A stretch of DNA of 32,060 nt, taken from positions 1 to 32,060 of the forward strand of contig CAXUOA010000006.1 in assembly GCA_964252625.1 (NCBI GenBank). Direction: 5' to 3'. Source of the stretch: an uncultured Acetobacteraceae bacterium. GTDB lineage: Bacteria > Pseudomonadota > Alphaproteobacteria > Acetobacterales > Acetobacteraceae. Below, in pieces: positions 17,481-26,215 of the stretch (the first letter of the stretch is position 1; each line of letters starts with the position of its first letter). A program made the position numbers and the translations under genes. Under the pieces are notes generated by a model. It was not told where the DNA came from. It saw nothing but the letters and a program-made list of their open reading frames with translations, and did no database searches.

Positions 17481-17909
17481 ATGCCGATCAATTCGTTTTC
17501 GATCGGGCGCGATTGCCAGCTTGTGGTGATGGGGCCGCAAGGGCGCGTTGACCTGACTTACGTGACGGGCTTCGAGAGCCGGCAGATGACCCAGTCGGTT
17601 CGGCTCGACCGGTTGGACGGTGTGCCGATGGGGGCGGAGTTGCCGAAAGGTTGGGAAGGCAGCTTCGAAGTAGAACGCGGCACGAGTGCGGTGGACGACT
17701 TCATCGCGGTGTCGGAGCAGACTTTTCTTGCGCAGGGTTCGCTGCCGGCGGGTGCGGTCTACCAGTATGTGACTGAGGTGGATGGGTCGGTCTCGACGTA
17801 CCAATACAGCGGGGTCGTGTTCAAGCTGGTGAACGCGGGAACCTGGAAGGGTGACTCGACGGTCAAGCAGAAGCTCGAGTTTTTCGCCACCCAACGTCAG
17901 CGCGTCTGA
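17481..17909 (+). CDS. tail tube protein
   Basis: 142 aa, beta-rich, directly after the sheath; GWEGSFEVER. Confidence 0.85.
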   Translation: MPINSFSIGRDCQLVVMGPQGRVDLTYVTGFESRQMTQSVRLDRLDGVPMGAELPKGWEGSFEVERGTSAVDDFIAVSEQTFLAQGSLPAGAVYQYVTEVDGSVSTYQYSGVVFKLVNAGTWKGDSTVKQKLEFFATQRQRV

Positions 17910-18253
17910 TGAGCTCGCCGAGTGCGCAGATCCTGGCCGCCGCGTCCGCTACGTTGGTGGTGCGTGATGCGGATGGACGGGAACTGGTTGTGCGCAGGAT
18001 GACGGCGCTGGACAGGTTGCGGCTGTTCAAGGCGATTGGGCCCGTGCTGTCCCAGAACAACCCGTATTTGGGCATGGCGATGCTGGCGGCGAGCGTTGTG
18101 GCGATCGACACGGTGCCTGTGCCGCCGCCGGTCACCGAGGGGCAGATCGAGTCACTGGTGGCGCGGCTGGGCGATGTGGGCATCGCCGCGGTTGCGTCGC
18201 ACTTGTCGGCTGAGCCGGCGCCTGTGCTGGGGAGTGCGGCGCAGGGAAACTGA
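17909..18253 (+). CDS. tail assembly chaperone (G-like)
   Basis: Follows the tube; ends in slippery G GGA AAC then TGA. Confidence 0.8.
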   Translation: MSSPSAQILAAASATLVVRDADGRELVVRRMTALDRLRLFKAIGPVLSQNNPYLGMAMLAASVVAIDTVPVPPPVTEGQIESLVARLGDVGIAAVASHLSAEPAPVLGSAAQGN

Positions 18254-18420
18254 GTGGGCACCCCGATCTGGTTGACTGCCTCTATCTGGTTCGGAACGGG
18301 GTGCCGTTTGATGTGGCCTTCAGCCTGCCCGCGGATGAGCGGCTGGCGTGGGTTGTGGTGATGGGGCGGTTTGACGGGTTTGAGTACGATTGGGGAGCGC
18401 AGCGGTGGAAGAAGCCCTGA
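18250..18420 (+). CDS. -1 frameshift extension of the chaperone (GT-like, 170 aa fused product)
   Basis: The -1 frame after GGGAAAC reads LSGHPDLVDCLYLVRNGVPFDVAFSLPADERLAWVVVMGRFDGFEYDWGAQRWKKP-stop, with no good independent start near its beginning. Confidence 0.8.
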   Translation: MSGHPDLVDCLYLVRNGVPFDVAFSLPADERLAWVVVMGRFDGFEYDWGAQRWKKP

Positions 18421-18680
18421 AGGACGCGCTGCTGCGGGCGGGCGACACTCTCAGCCAGGCGCTGCGCGGGGGATTGCTGGCGCGCGGGTTCGAAGCGGAC
18501 CTCACGGTGTGTGCTGAGGAGGGGCGCGTGACGGTTATGAGCCGCTCGCGTGCGGTTTGGGCGGCGGAGCTCGGTGAGCCGGGCAGGCCGCCGAGTGCGC
18601 CGCTTTCCGGCGCTGCAGGCGCGGCGAGCGGCGACGTGGTGGGCGCGCTGCTGGGCCATCTCAGGGAGGCGTTGCGGTGA
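18405..18680 (+). CDS. small virion morphogenesis protein, HK97 gp10-like (divergent)
   Basis: GTG at 18405 after GGGGAG. V..RS.AVWAAELGEPGRPPSAPL resembles the A...E.GT...PPRPFL motif. Confidence 0.5.
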   Translation: MEEALKDALLRAGDTLSQALRGGLLARGFEADLTVCAEEGRVTVMSRSRAVWAAELGEPGRPPSAPLSGAAGAASGDVVGALLGHLREALR

Positions 18681-19765
18681 GCGAGGCGTATGAGATCGGC
18701 GTGACGCTCGCGTTGGGTGATGGCGTGTCCGCGAGTATTGCACAGGCACGCAAGGACACGGCGCAGCTGGAGCGGGTGCTGCAGGCAGGCGGTGTCTCGG
18801 TGCAGCAACTGCGAGCCGCGTCGGTGGTAGCGCTGTCGGCTATACGGGCGGTGCCGAGCGTTGGCAAAATTGCGGCGAAGGAACCTGTGCCGGCGCAGAC
18901 GGCGGAAGATGGGTCAGCGGTTGCGCGGGTGGACGTAGCGCCGGCCGTGGTGCCGGCATGGCCGCAGGCACGGGATGCGGCCATGCCGGCCAAGGCGGCG
19001 GAACCCGCTGTTGTGGCGCCGCAGCAAGGCTCGGCGGCCATTGTGCCGGCTGTCTCTGAAAGGGGGGCTGCACCGGTTGCGGCTGCGCATGGGGCGCCTG
19101 CGCTGGCGCCTCAGCCATTGCCGCCCGAGCCGGCTTGGATGGCGCCGCAGCCTTTGCCAGCCCCGCAGCCGGCGCAGGCGCCGCAAGCAGCACCCGTGAC
19201 GGCCTCGCAGAGCGTACTGCAAGTGTCCGCGCCGATTTCCCTGGCGACGATCGGGGCGGCTGCCAGGGATGAGCGGCCTGCGCCAGCGCCGGCGGGTTTC
19301 GATTTTGGGTCTGCGCGACCGGTGACGGCCTTGCCGGCAGAAACGCCTGCCGCAGCGGTGCCGGATCTGCGGGTGCCTGACACTGGTGGAGCTACGGGCA
19401 CAGCGCCGCAGGCTTGGGAGCAGGTTTCTGAGCCGGCCTGGGCACCGCCTGGGAGAGGTAACGATGCCGGCGCGGCCGCGCGCATGACGGGTCCGCTGCC
19501 ATCGGCGGCGGCGGCACCGGAGCGAGCGGTTACGGGGCCTCAGGAGGGGGCAGATGCAGGCGCTTCGACGCAGGCACCGGCTGCTCCCCCGCCGGCGGCG
19601 GCGAATGCGGGGCCAACGGAGGGCGACGTGTTTCTGGATGGCGCACTCGTTGGCAGATGGATTTCCCGATTTCTGTCGCAGGAGGCGGGGCGGGCTTCGG
19701 CTGGACCGACCGGGTTTGATCCGCGCCGGGGACGGCTGCTGCCAGGCGCCACGGTGGGGGGCTGA
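18677..19765 (+). CDS. tape-measure-position protein, short and Pro/Ala-rich
   Basis: Lies between chaperone and baseplate. N-terminal EAYEIGVTLAL and C-terminal GDVFLDGALVGRWI resemble tape-measure termini. Low-complexity centre. Confidence 0.6.
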   Translation: MSEAYEIGVTLALGDGVSASIAQARKDTAQLERVLQAGGVSVQQLRAASVVALSAIRAVPSVGKIAAKEPVPAQTAEDGSAVARVDVAPAVVPAWPQARDAAMPAKAAEPAVVAPQQGSAAIVPAVSERGAAPVAAAHGAPALAPQPLPPEPAWMAPQPLPAPQPAQAPQAAPVTASQSVLQVSAPISLATIGAAARDERPAPAPAGFDFGSARPVTALPAETPAAAVPDLRVPDTGGATGTAPQAWEQVSEPAWAPPGRGNDAGAAARMTGPLPSAAAAPERAVTGPQEGADAGASTQAPAAPPPAAANAGPTEGDVFLDGALVGRWISRFLSQEAGRASAGPTGFDPRRGRLLPGATVGG

Positions 19766-20445
19766 TGGCTTTGTTGACACTTGGCGGGCTGGATCTCGAC
19801 GGGTTCGAGGTTCCGGCAAGCGTGCGGTTTGGCGGTGCGCAGCGCGCCGCCGTGCACAAGCTGCTGGGCGGCGGGCGTGTCATCGATACGATGGGCCGCG
19901 ACGATTCTGCACTGTCCTGGTCGGGCATCTTGTCCGGCGCTGACGCGGGTGACCGGGCACGCACCCTCGACGCGATGCGCGTGGCAGGCGGTGTTCTCGC
20001 GCTGGCCTGGGACGCGTTCTGCTACAACGTTGTCATCACCCAACTCGATCTGGATTACTGCAACCCCTGGTGGATCACCTATAAAATCCAATGCACCGTG
20101 CTGAGCGATCTTGCGCAGGCCGCCACTGTCTACACGCCTGACATCGTCGGCAGCATCCTGGCGGATTTGGCGTCCGCATCCGGCGCGTTGGGTCTCTCCA
20201 GCATAGTGGCGGCGGCTTCGGTGGCAGGCGCCTTATTGCCGGGCACGAGCGCTGTTGCTTCGACAATCGTGGGTTTGAGCCAGGCTCAGGCAACGATTGC
20301 GCCGGCTATCGCGAGCGCCGAGCAGTCCCTGTCCGCGAGCGACGTGCCGACATTGGTTACCGCGTGCGGCACGCTGGCGCAGTTTAGCACGGCGCAGGGA
20401 TTTGTCGGGCGAGCGTTGACCAACCTGTCCGGGATACAGATCTGA
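19765..20445 (+). CDS. baseplate tube-initiator protein (P2 gpU-like N-domain)
   Basis: LTLGG..L..FEVP....FGGAQRAAVHKL.GG.R.ID.MG; TGATG coupling; synteny. Confidence 0.65.
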   Translation: MALLTLGGLDLDGFEVPASVRFGGAQRAAVHKLLGGGRVIDTMGRDDSALSWSGILSGADAGDRARTLDAMRVAGGVLALAWDAFCYNVVITQLDLDYCNPWWITYKIQCTVLSDLAQAATVYTPDIVGSILADLASASGALGLSSIVAAASVAGALLPGTSAVASTIVGLSQAQATIAPAIASAEQSLSASDVPTLVTACGTLAQFSTAQGFVGRALTNLSGIQI

Positions 20446-20630
20446 TGCAGACGGTGACGGTTGCGAGCGGAACGCTGTTCGGTGTTGCCGCACAGTATCT
20501 GAATGACGCGACGCAGTGGAACAGGATAGCCGCGCTGAACGGTATCTCCGATCCGTGGCTGTCCGGCCTGACCGTCCTGCAGATACCTGATCTGGATGCC
20601 TCGGCGGGAGGAGGGGTGGGCTTTGAGTGA
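20445..20630 (+). CDS. LysM / P2 gpX-like baseplate protein
   Basis: TVTV.SGTLFGVAAQYLNDATQWNRIAALNGISDP...G.TVLQIP is a LysM-like signature. Confidence 0.82.
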   Translation: MQTVTVASGTLFGVAAQYLNDATQWNRIAALNGISDPWLSGLTVLQIPDLDASAGGGVGFE

Positions 20631-21624
20631 CGCACGGGCGCCTCAGATCTGCGTGCTTGTGAACGGTGAGGTGATTGCTGGGGTCATCGATGTGGAGGTG
20701 GCGGCCAACAACCATCTGGCGGCCGATCGGTATCGGGTGCGAGCGTCGTTGACTGCGACGGGGTACGCAACCTGGATTGGCGACACGTTGGACGTGGAGA
20801 TACGGGCTGGCCTGGCTGGCGCGTGGTGCAGCCTGATCTTCGGCGAAGCGGACCGGCTGGAGTTTGATGTCGGCCGCGGCGAGGTTCGTGTCGAGGGGCG
20901 TGATCTTACGTCACGCTTCATCGAAGCCCGGACCCAGGAGACTTTCGAAAACCAGACTGCAAGCGACATCGCTGCAACACTTGCTGCGAGGCGCGGGCTG
21001 GTGCCGGCCGTTACGCCCACGACGGCGATCGTCGGGCGGGACTACCAGAATTCCACTTCCCGGGTGACGCTAGACCAGCATGCGCGTGCCACGACGGAAT
21101 GGGACCTGCTGATCCGGCTGGCCGAGGGTGAAGGCTTCGATGTCTGGGTCGACGGCCAGACGCTCAATTTTGCGCCTCCCGACCAGACCGCGTCCACACT
21201 ACTGTTGACGCCTGGCGATTGCCTTTCGGTTCGCCTGGAGCGGCTGATGTCCTTGAGTGGGGGTGTCTCGGTAAGCGTGAAGAGCTGGGATTGTCGGGGC
21301 CAGACGGGGGTGCTGCAGACAGCGAGTTCGGCATCCGAAGGCGAGCCCCGCAACTACGTGGTTGTAAGGCCCAACCTGTCTGCGCAGGCCGCACAGGCTG
21401 AGGCACAACGATTACTGACGCAGATGTGCCAGCATGAGCGAGGCGTTTGCATCGAGATGCCCGGCGACCTGACCACGCAGCCGCGCGACATTCTGGTGCT
21501 CGCGGGGACGAACACAGATTTCGATGGAATCTGGACTGTTACCGACGTGGAGCGACGCATGTCGTTCGGCGGCGGCTTCGTTCAGTTGTTGGAAGCGAGG
21601 TTGCCAGCGTGGACAGCTTTCTGA
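20623..21624 (+). CDS. baseplate hub (P2 gpD / Mu gp44-like)
   Basis: V.GRDLTSRFIE, TF.NQTASDIA..LA.R.GL, TEWDLLIRLA..EGF. Start probably TTG 20623. Confidence 0.85.
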   Translation: MSDARAPQICVLVNGEVIAGVIDVEVAANNHLAADRYRVRASLTATGYATWIGDTLDVEIRAGLAGAWCSLIFGEADRLEFDVGRGEVRVEGRDLTSRFIEARTQETFENQTASDIAATLAARRGLVPAVTPTTAIVGRDYQNSTSRVTLDQHARATTEWDLLIRLAEGEGFDVWVDGQTLNFAPPDQTASTLLLTPGDCLSVRLERLMSLSGGVSVSVKSWDCRGQTGVLQTASSASEGEPRNYVVVRPNLSAQAAQAEAQRLLTQMCQHERGVCIEMPGDLTTQPRDILVLAGTNTDFDGIWTVTDVERRMSFGGGFVQLLEARLPAWTAF

Positions 21625-22133
21625 ACCATCTCAAGGCTCACGCCGCACAGATGGACCAGGGGTGGGGGCAGCCGCGCCTGGCGGTGGTGCAATCCGTTGA
21701 TCCGGCGACGTTCACCGTGCGCGTGTCCGTGCAGCCAGAGGGCGTGCTGACGGGGTGGTTGCCGGTTACGTCCGCCTGGGTGGGAGCTGGCTGGGGACTG
21801 GCGTGCCTGCCAGCCACGGGAGACCAGGTTCTGGTGGTCTGGCAGGAGGGTGATGCGGAGCAGGGCATCGTGGTTGGCCGGTTATGGTCCAACATGGTGA
21901 AGCCGCCGCAGGTGCCGGTTGGTGAATTCTGGCTGGTTCACCAGACGGGCAGCTTTGTCAAGCTGCACAATGACGGCTCGATCGAGAGTTCGGGTGCCAC
22001 CTGGACGCACACCGGGGATTTTCATGTAAGCGGCAATGTCTATGACCAGCATGGCTCCTTGGCCGCGTTGCGCGGGCACTACAACACGCACGTGCATCCG
22101 CCATCCTCGGCTGGCCCTGAACCAACGGATTGA
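21609..22133 (+). CDS. baseplate central spike (P2 gpV-like)
   Basis: OB-fold TGWLPV...GWG...LP..GDQVLV..EGD...GIV.G; C-terminal YNTHVHP HxH metal-binding tip. GTG start. Confidence 0.9.
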   Translation: MDSFLNHLKAHAAQMDQGWGQPRLAVVQSVDPATFTVRVSVQPEGVLTGWLPVTSAWVGAGWGLACLPATGDQVLVVWQEGDAEQGIVVGRLWSNMVKPPQVPVGEFWLVHQTGSFVKLHNDGSIESSGATWTHTGDFHVSGNVYDQHGSLAALRGHYNTHVHPPSSAGPEPTD

Positions 22134-22147
22134 AGGGAAGCCGGTGC

Positions 22148-22516
22148 ATGCAGGATGCAGCGTTGTTATGGGGGCAGGATATCGGTGCGAACAGCGTCGG
22201 TGACATCGCACTTGCGTCAGGCACTGTGCTGGGACAACAGCGCGTGCTCCGGCGGCTGCTGACGAACCCCGGGGACTACGTGTGGGACACCGCCTACGGG
22301 GCCGGGCTTGCGCAGTTCGTGGGCACCCCTTGCAACGTTGCTTCCATACGGGCGACGATACGCAGCCAGATATTCAAGGAAGTGTGCGTCGCCCGGCTGC
22401 CTGAGCCGGTCATCGACGTGACATCCGCTTCCAACGGCAGCGTGTACGTGCAGATACGATACGTCGACTCGGCAAGCGGAACGACCCAACTCCTCTCATT
22501 TTCAGTGGGCGTCTGA
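22148..22516 (+). CDS. baseplate wedge / sheath initiator (gp25/gpW-like)
   Basis: QRVLRRLLTNPGDY.W...YGAGL; synteny. Confidence 0.8.
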   Translation: MQDAALLWGQDIGANSVGDIALASGTVLGQQRVLRRLLTNPGDYVWDTAYGAGLAQFVGTPCNVASIRATIRSQIFKEVCVARLPEPVIDVTSASNGSVYVQIRYVDSASGTTQLLSFSVGV

Positions 22517-22517
22517 C

Positions 22518-23639
22518 ATGATCCTTCCGCTGCAGAAGTTCTCGGTGTTGCTGGAGAACATGGCCGCCGGCGTTCAGGGAAACGCTGCGCAGCTTGTTGA
22601 CCTGTCAATCGGCAGTGTGCTTCGTGCACTTCTCGAAGCCTGTGCTGCCGTGGCGTTGTGGATGCAATGGCTCATCCTGCAGGTTTTGACGCTGACACGT
22701 GCGGCTACAAGCACTGGGCCCGATCTGGACAGCTGGATGGCTGATTTCAGCCTGGTGCGGTTGCCAGGGGCAGCAAGCGTCGGCTCGGTTACTTTTTCCC
22801 GTTACACACCGGGCATGAGTGCTACGGTTCTGGTCGGAACGAACGTCAGCACGAATGATGGAGCACAAACGTTTCAGGTTATTCAGCAAAGTAGCAACCC
22901 TGCATGGAACGGGAGCTCGGGCTACAGCGTGGCACCTCTGGTCAGCAGTGTTACCGTGCCGGTGCAGGCGACGGCGCCCGGTGTGGCCGGTAACGTCCAG
23001 GTCGGTGCTATCGGCGTGTTGACGTCACCTGTAGCGGGTATCGATACGGTGACGAACGCCGCCAGCTTTGTGGGTGGTGTCAACGCGGAAAGCGATGCTG
23101 CGCTACGGTCCAGGTTCCAACTTTATATCAACAGCCGGTCACTTGCGACGCCGCAAGCGGTGGACGCTGCCGTCGCCTCGTTGCAGCAGGGATTGCGCTA
23201 CACCGTCCTGGAGAACCAGGACACCACTGGTGCTTTCCTGCCAGGACACTTTTGGGTTGTAGTGGATGATGGTACGGGATCGCCTCCGGACAGCCTGCTG
23301 ACGAACGCGAGTAGCGCGGTCGAGGCTGTGCGGCCGATTGGCGCCACCTACGCTGTTACAGGCCCACTCGTGGTTGCAGTGACTGTGCAGATGAGCATTT
23401 CTACGTCCAATGCTCTTACCCGGCCGGCTGTCATCCTCGCCATCGAGACAGCGACTGCCATGTGGATTAGCGGATTGCCGATCGCCGGAACCCTTGCGAT
23501 CTCAAAACTCGAGGCTTTGGCGCATGGCGCTGACCCGAGTGTTATCAGCGTTACATCGGCCACGATAGACGGAGTGGTGGCGGACGTGATTGCACCGGAA
23601 AATGGGGTGTTGATTGCAAGCAGCATAGTCGTGAGCTGA
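22518..23639 (+). CDS. baseplate J / Mu gp47-like wedge protein
   Basis: GSVLRALLEA, G.DLD, A..PG.AGNV, VTN...F.GG..AESDAALR.RF, VRPIG. Confidence 0.93.
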   Translation: MILPLQKFSVLLENMAAGVQGNAAQLVDLSIGSVLRALLEACAAVALWMQWLILQVLTLTRAATSTGPDLDSWMADFSLVRLPGAASVGSVTFSRYTPGMSATVLVGTNVSTNDGAQTFQVIQQSSNPAWNGSSGYSVAPLVSSVTVPVQATAPGVAGNVQVGAIGVLTSPVAGIDTVTNAASFVGGVNAESDAALRSRFQLYINSRSLATPQAVDAAVASLQQGLRYTVLENQDTTGAFLPGHFWVVVDDGTGSPPDSLLTNASSAVEAVRPIGATYAVTGPLVVAVTVQMSISTSNALTRPAVILAIETATAMWISGLPIAGTLAISKLEALAHGADPSVISVTSATIDGVVADVIAPENGVLIASSIVVS

Positions 23640-23640
23640 C

Positions 23641-24282
23641 ATGCAGGGAGATGTGGCGGACTTTGTGAGCCGCCTGCGACGTGTGTTGCCGGCGCGCTGG
23701 TTTGGCGACACGGCGCCGATTACCGACGCCGTCCTGAGCGGCTTTGGTGTAGCCTGGTCGGCTGTCTACACGCTGATCGAAGTGGTGCGCGCACAGGCCC
23801 GGCTGCTTACTTCGAGCGGCGGTTTCGTGGACAGTTTCGCACAGGACTTTTGTGGTGCGGCATTGCCGAGGCGCAGCGGTGAGAGCGACGCCAGCTATAT
23901 CCAGCGTATCGGCTACGAGTTACTGCGGCCGCGTGGGACGCGGACGGCGATGACGACGGCGATGTTGCAGCTGACCGGTCAGCCGGCAATCGTGTTCGAG
24001 CCCGCGCGGCCGATGGACACCGGCGGGTATGCCACAGGCGGTGCGGGATACGGGGTGGCCGGCGGTTATGGCAACCTGAAGCTCGCCTATCAAAGCTTTC
24101 TGAAAGTAAGGCGCCCGCATGGCGCCGGTATAGCACAGCTCGCCGGCTATCGCACCGGCGGTGTGCTCGCCTACGGAAGCTTGGCGTTGGTGCAGACGGG
24201 CGTGCCTGACAGCAGCATATACGCTTCTGCCGCCTCCATCTTGCCGGCCGGCTCTACGGTCTGGGTCCAAATACAGGGTTAA
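23641..24282 (+). CDS. baseplate wedge protein (gpI / Mu gp48-like)
   Basis: RL.T..G.F.D..A.DF.G..LPRR.GESD..Y..RI...LLRPRGTR; follows baseplate J. Confidence 0.8.
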   Translation: MQGDVADFVSRLRRVLPARWFGDTAPITDAVLSGFGVAWSAVYTLIEVVRAQARLLTSSGGFVDSFAQDFCGAALPRRSGESDASYIQRIGYELLRPRGTRTAMTTAMLQLTGQPAIVFEPARPMDTGGYATGGAGYGVAGGYGNLKLAYQSFLKVRRPHGAGIAQLAGYRTGGVLAYGSLALVQTGVPDSSIYASAASILPAGSTVWVQIQG

Positions 24283-24322
24283 GCCTGGCGGTCCCGTTAC
24301 ACATATTTTTGGAGATACATGC

Positions 24323-25570
24323 ATGGATCGTCAGATCGTGTATCCGGGCAGCATTCCGCTTGATACGGACTTGCTGAATGCCCAGCGCAATACGATGATT
24401 GCCTTGGGTTACCTGTCGCAAATGGTGCTCGGCACGAACACCGTCGCTGACGGCCTGGCATGTACCCCGACGTCGCCCGCGTCAATGTCGGTCAATGTCG
24501 GTGCTGGCAGCATCACGCAGTTTGGCGTCATCGACACGACGCCTTTCGGCTCGCTTCCTGCTTTGCCGACGAACCCCCTTGTAAGGCTTGGGATAAATAT
24601 CGGCAGTACCAGCTTTGCCCTTACGGCGCCGACGGCGTCGGGGCAGGTGATCAACTATTTGGTCGAGGCGACACTGTCCGAGGCCGATGCCGGGGCGACG
24701 GTGTTGCCTTACTACAATGCCGCGAACCCCGCGCAGCCGTATAGCGGGCCTGGCAATGACGGTGCGGCGCAGATGACGGAGCGCGTGCAGTCCGTGCAGC
24801 TCTCGGTGAAGCCGGGACCCGCTGTGGCGATTGGGAGCCTAAGTTTGCCGCCGGTTGATGCGGGCTGGGTGGGGCTCTACGTGGTGAGCGTCGCCTACGG
24901 CCAGCAATCGATCACAGCGGCCAACATCACCACGCTTTCTACGGCTCCTTTCGTAAGTTGGAAGTTGCCGCAATTGACGCCAGGCACGCATAACCTGGCG
25001 GTGTTTCAGCCGACGACGCAGGGTGTCTGGACGGCGCCCGCCAGCGTGAGCGGCGTGCGGCTACGTATTTGGGGAGGAGGCGGCGCAGGCGGCAACGGTT
25101 TTGGCAGTGCAGGTGGTGGCGGTGCCGGGAGCGGTTATGCTGAGGGCTACGTTGGCGTAACGCCGGGGCAATCTTTTAATGTGCTTGTCGGCAACGGCGG
25201 CGCGGGCTCCGGAGCAAGCGGTGGGACTTCAAGTTTTGGTAGCGTGGCCTCCGCGAGCGGAGGTGCGGCTGGTGCGAGTGGCACGTCGAGCACGGCTGGG
25301 ACCGGTGGCTCGACCGGAGGCATTGGCTCTGGCCTGGCTCTGGCAATCTCGGGCAGCACCGGCGGCGACGCATTGAGCCTGGGCAGCAACTGGCTAAGTG
25401 GCACAGGTGGGGGCTCACACGGCAGTACGGGCGGCTTGCCGGTGAGCGGTGCTGCGAGCGGGCTGCTTGCCGGCAAAAACGGCGTGGGGCCAGGCAGCGG
25501 CGCCGGCGGCGGCGTGGGCGGCGGTCTTGGTGGGCAAGGCGGCCCGGGGCTTGTGCTGGTTGAGTGGTGA
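24323..25570 (+). CDS. tail fibre with glycine-rich C-terminal domain
   Basis: RBS GGAGA; MDRQIVYPG start. C-terminal WTAPA.V..VRLRIWGGGGAGG...G.GGPGLVLVEW is a Gly-rich domain typical of phage fibres. Confidence 0.8.
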   Translation: MDRQIVYPGSIPLDTDLLNAQRNTMIALGYLSQMVLGTNTVADGLACTPTSPASMSVNVGAGSITQFGVIDTTPFGSLPALPTNPLVRLGINIGSTSFALTAPTASGQVINYLVEATLSEADAGATVLPYYNAANPAQPYSGPGNDGAAQMTERVQSVQLSVKPGPAVAIGSLSLPPVDAGWVGLYVVSVAYGQQSITAANITTLSTAPFVSWKLPQLTPGTHNLAVFQPTTQGVWTAPASVSGVRLRIWGGGGAGGNGFGSAGGGGAGSGYAEGYVGVTPGQSFNVLVGNGGAGSGASGGTSSFGSVASASGGAAGASGTSSTAGTGGSTGGIGSGLALAISGSTGGDALSLGSNWLSGTGGGSHGSTGGLPVSGAASGLLAGKNGVGPGSGAGGGVGGGLGGQGGPGLVLVEW

Positions 25571-25637
25571 GGGCTCGCGCTCGTACAATCTCTGCCAGTG
25601 TCAGCCGAAAACATCAGTTGCTCTTAGGAGTTTTCGC

Positions 25638-26120
25638 ATGGGAACACCCGCGCAATTTGTCTGGCAGGCGAGTACGTCGCGCGTTGTCGTGCCGGATGGT
25701 TTTGGACCCTTTCCGAGGGGGACCTGGCAAACTGTTCCACCGCCCTTGTCATGGCCGGTCAAGGATCCGGGCGATACGCTGGACTACGTTGTCGATCTTT
25801 CTCGCGCGCTTGCCGGGGATACGGGTGATGGTATCGCAACGCTGGACGTGGCGATCTCGCCGAACAACAGCGGTGACCTGAGCTTGACGTTCTCGCGGGC
25901 GGATGGCGATCGCGCCATCTTGTGGCTTACCGCGGGTTTCACAGGGACGACTTACGCGGTGACGGTGGTGGTAGGCACCCAGAGCGGGCGGACGCTGTCG
26001 CGCACGATCGGGTTGCCGGTCATGACATTGGCGACACCCGCCCCGTTCGGTAACGATATCACGGATCAATCAGGGACGCCCCTGACTGACCAGACGGATA
26101 ACCCGATCACAGTAGATTAG
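25638..26120 (+). CDS. putative fibre/tailspike adaptor protein
   Basis: RBS AGGAG. KDPGDTLDYVVD and W...G..GTTY.VT....T.SGRTL.R give an Ig-like pattern. Acidic TDQ..P.T repeats at the C-terminus. Confidence 0.6.
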   Translation: MGTPAQFVWQASTSRVVVPDGFGPFPRGTWQTVPPPLSWPVKDPGDTLDYVVDLSRALAGDTGDGIATLDVAISPNNSGDLSLTFSRADGDRAILWLTAGFTGTTYAVTVVVGTQSGRTLSRTIGLPVMTLATPAPFGNDITDQSGTPLTDQTDNPITVD

Positions 26121-26215
26121 CCTTGCCAGCAACAATCGGTCGTGCTGCGGGCTGATTGGTTTCGGCCCGCGACTTGCGGGCATACGCGGCTGTTGATGCA
26201 GGAAATGGGGCTTGT

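Noticed and set aside
18914-19819. Alternative-frame ORFs over the tape-measure region
   Set aside because: They arise from very high GC. The 18677-19765 frame is coupled to both neighbours by overlapping stop/start codons.
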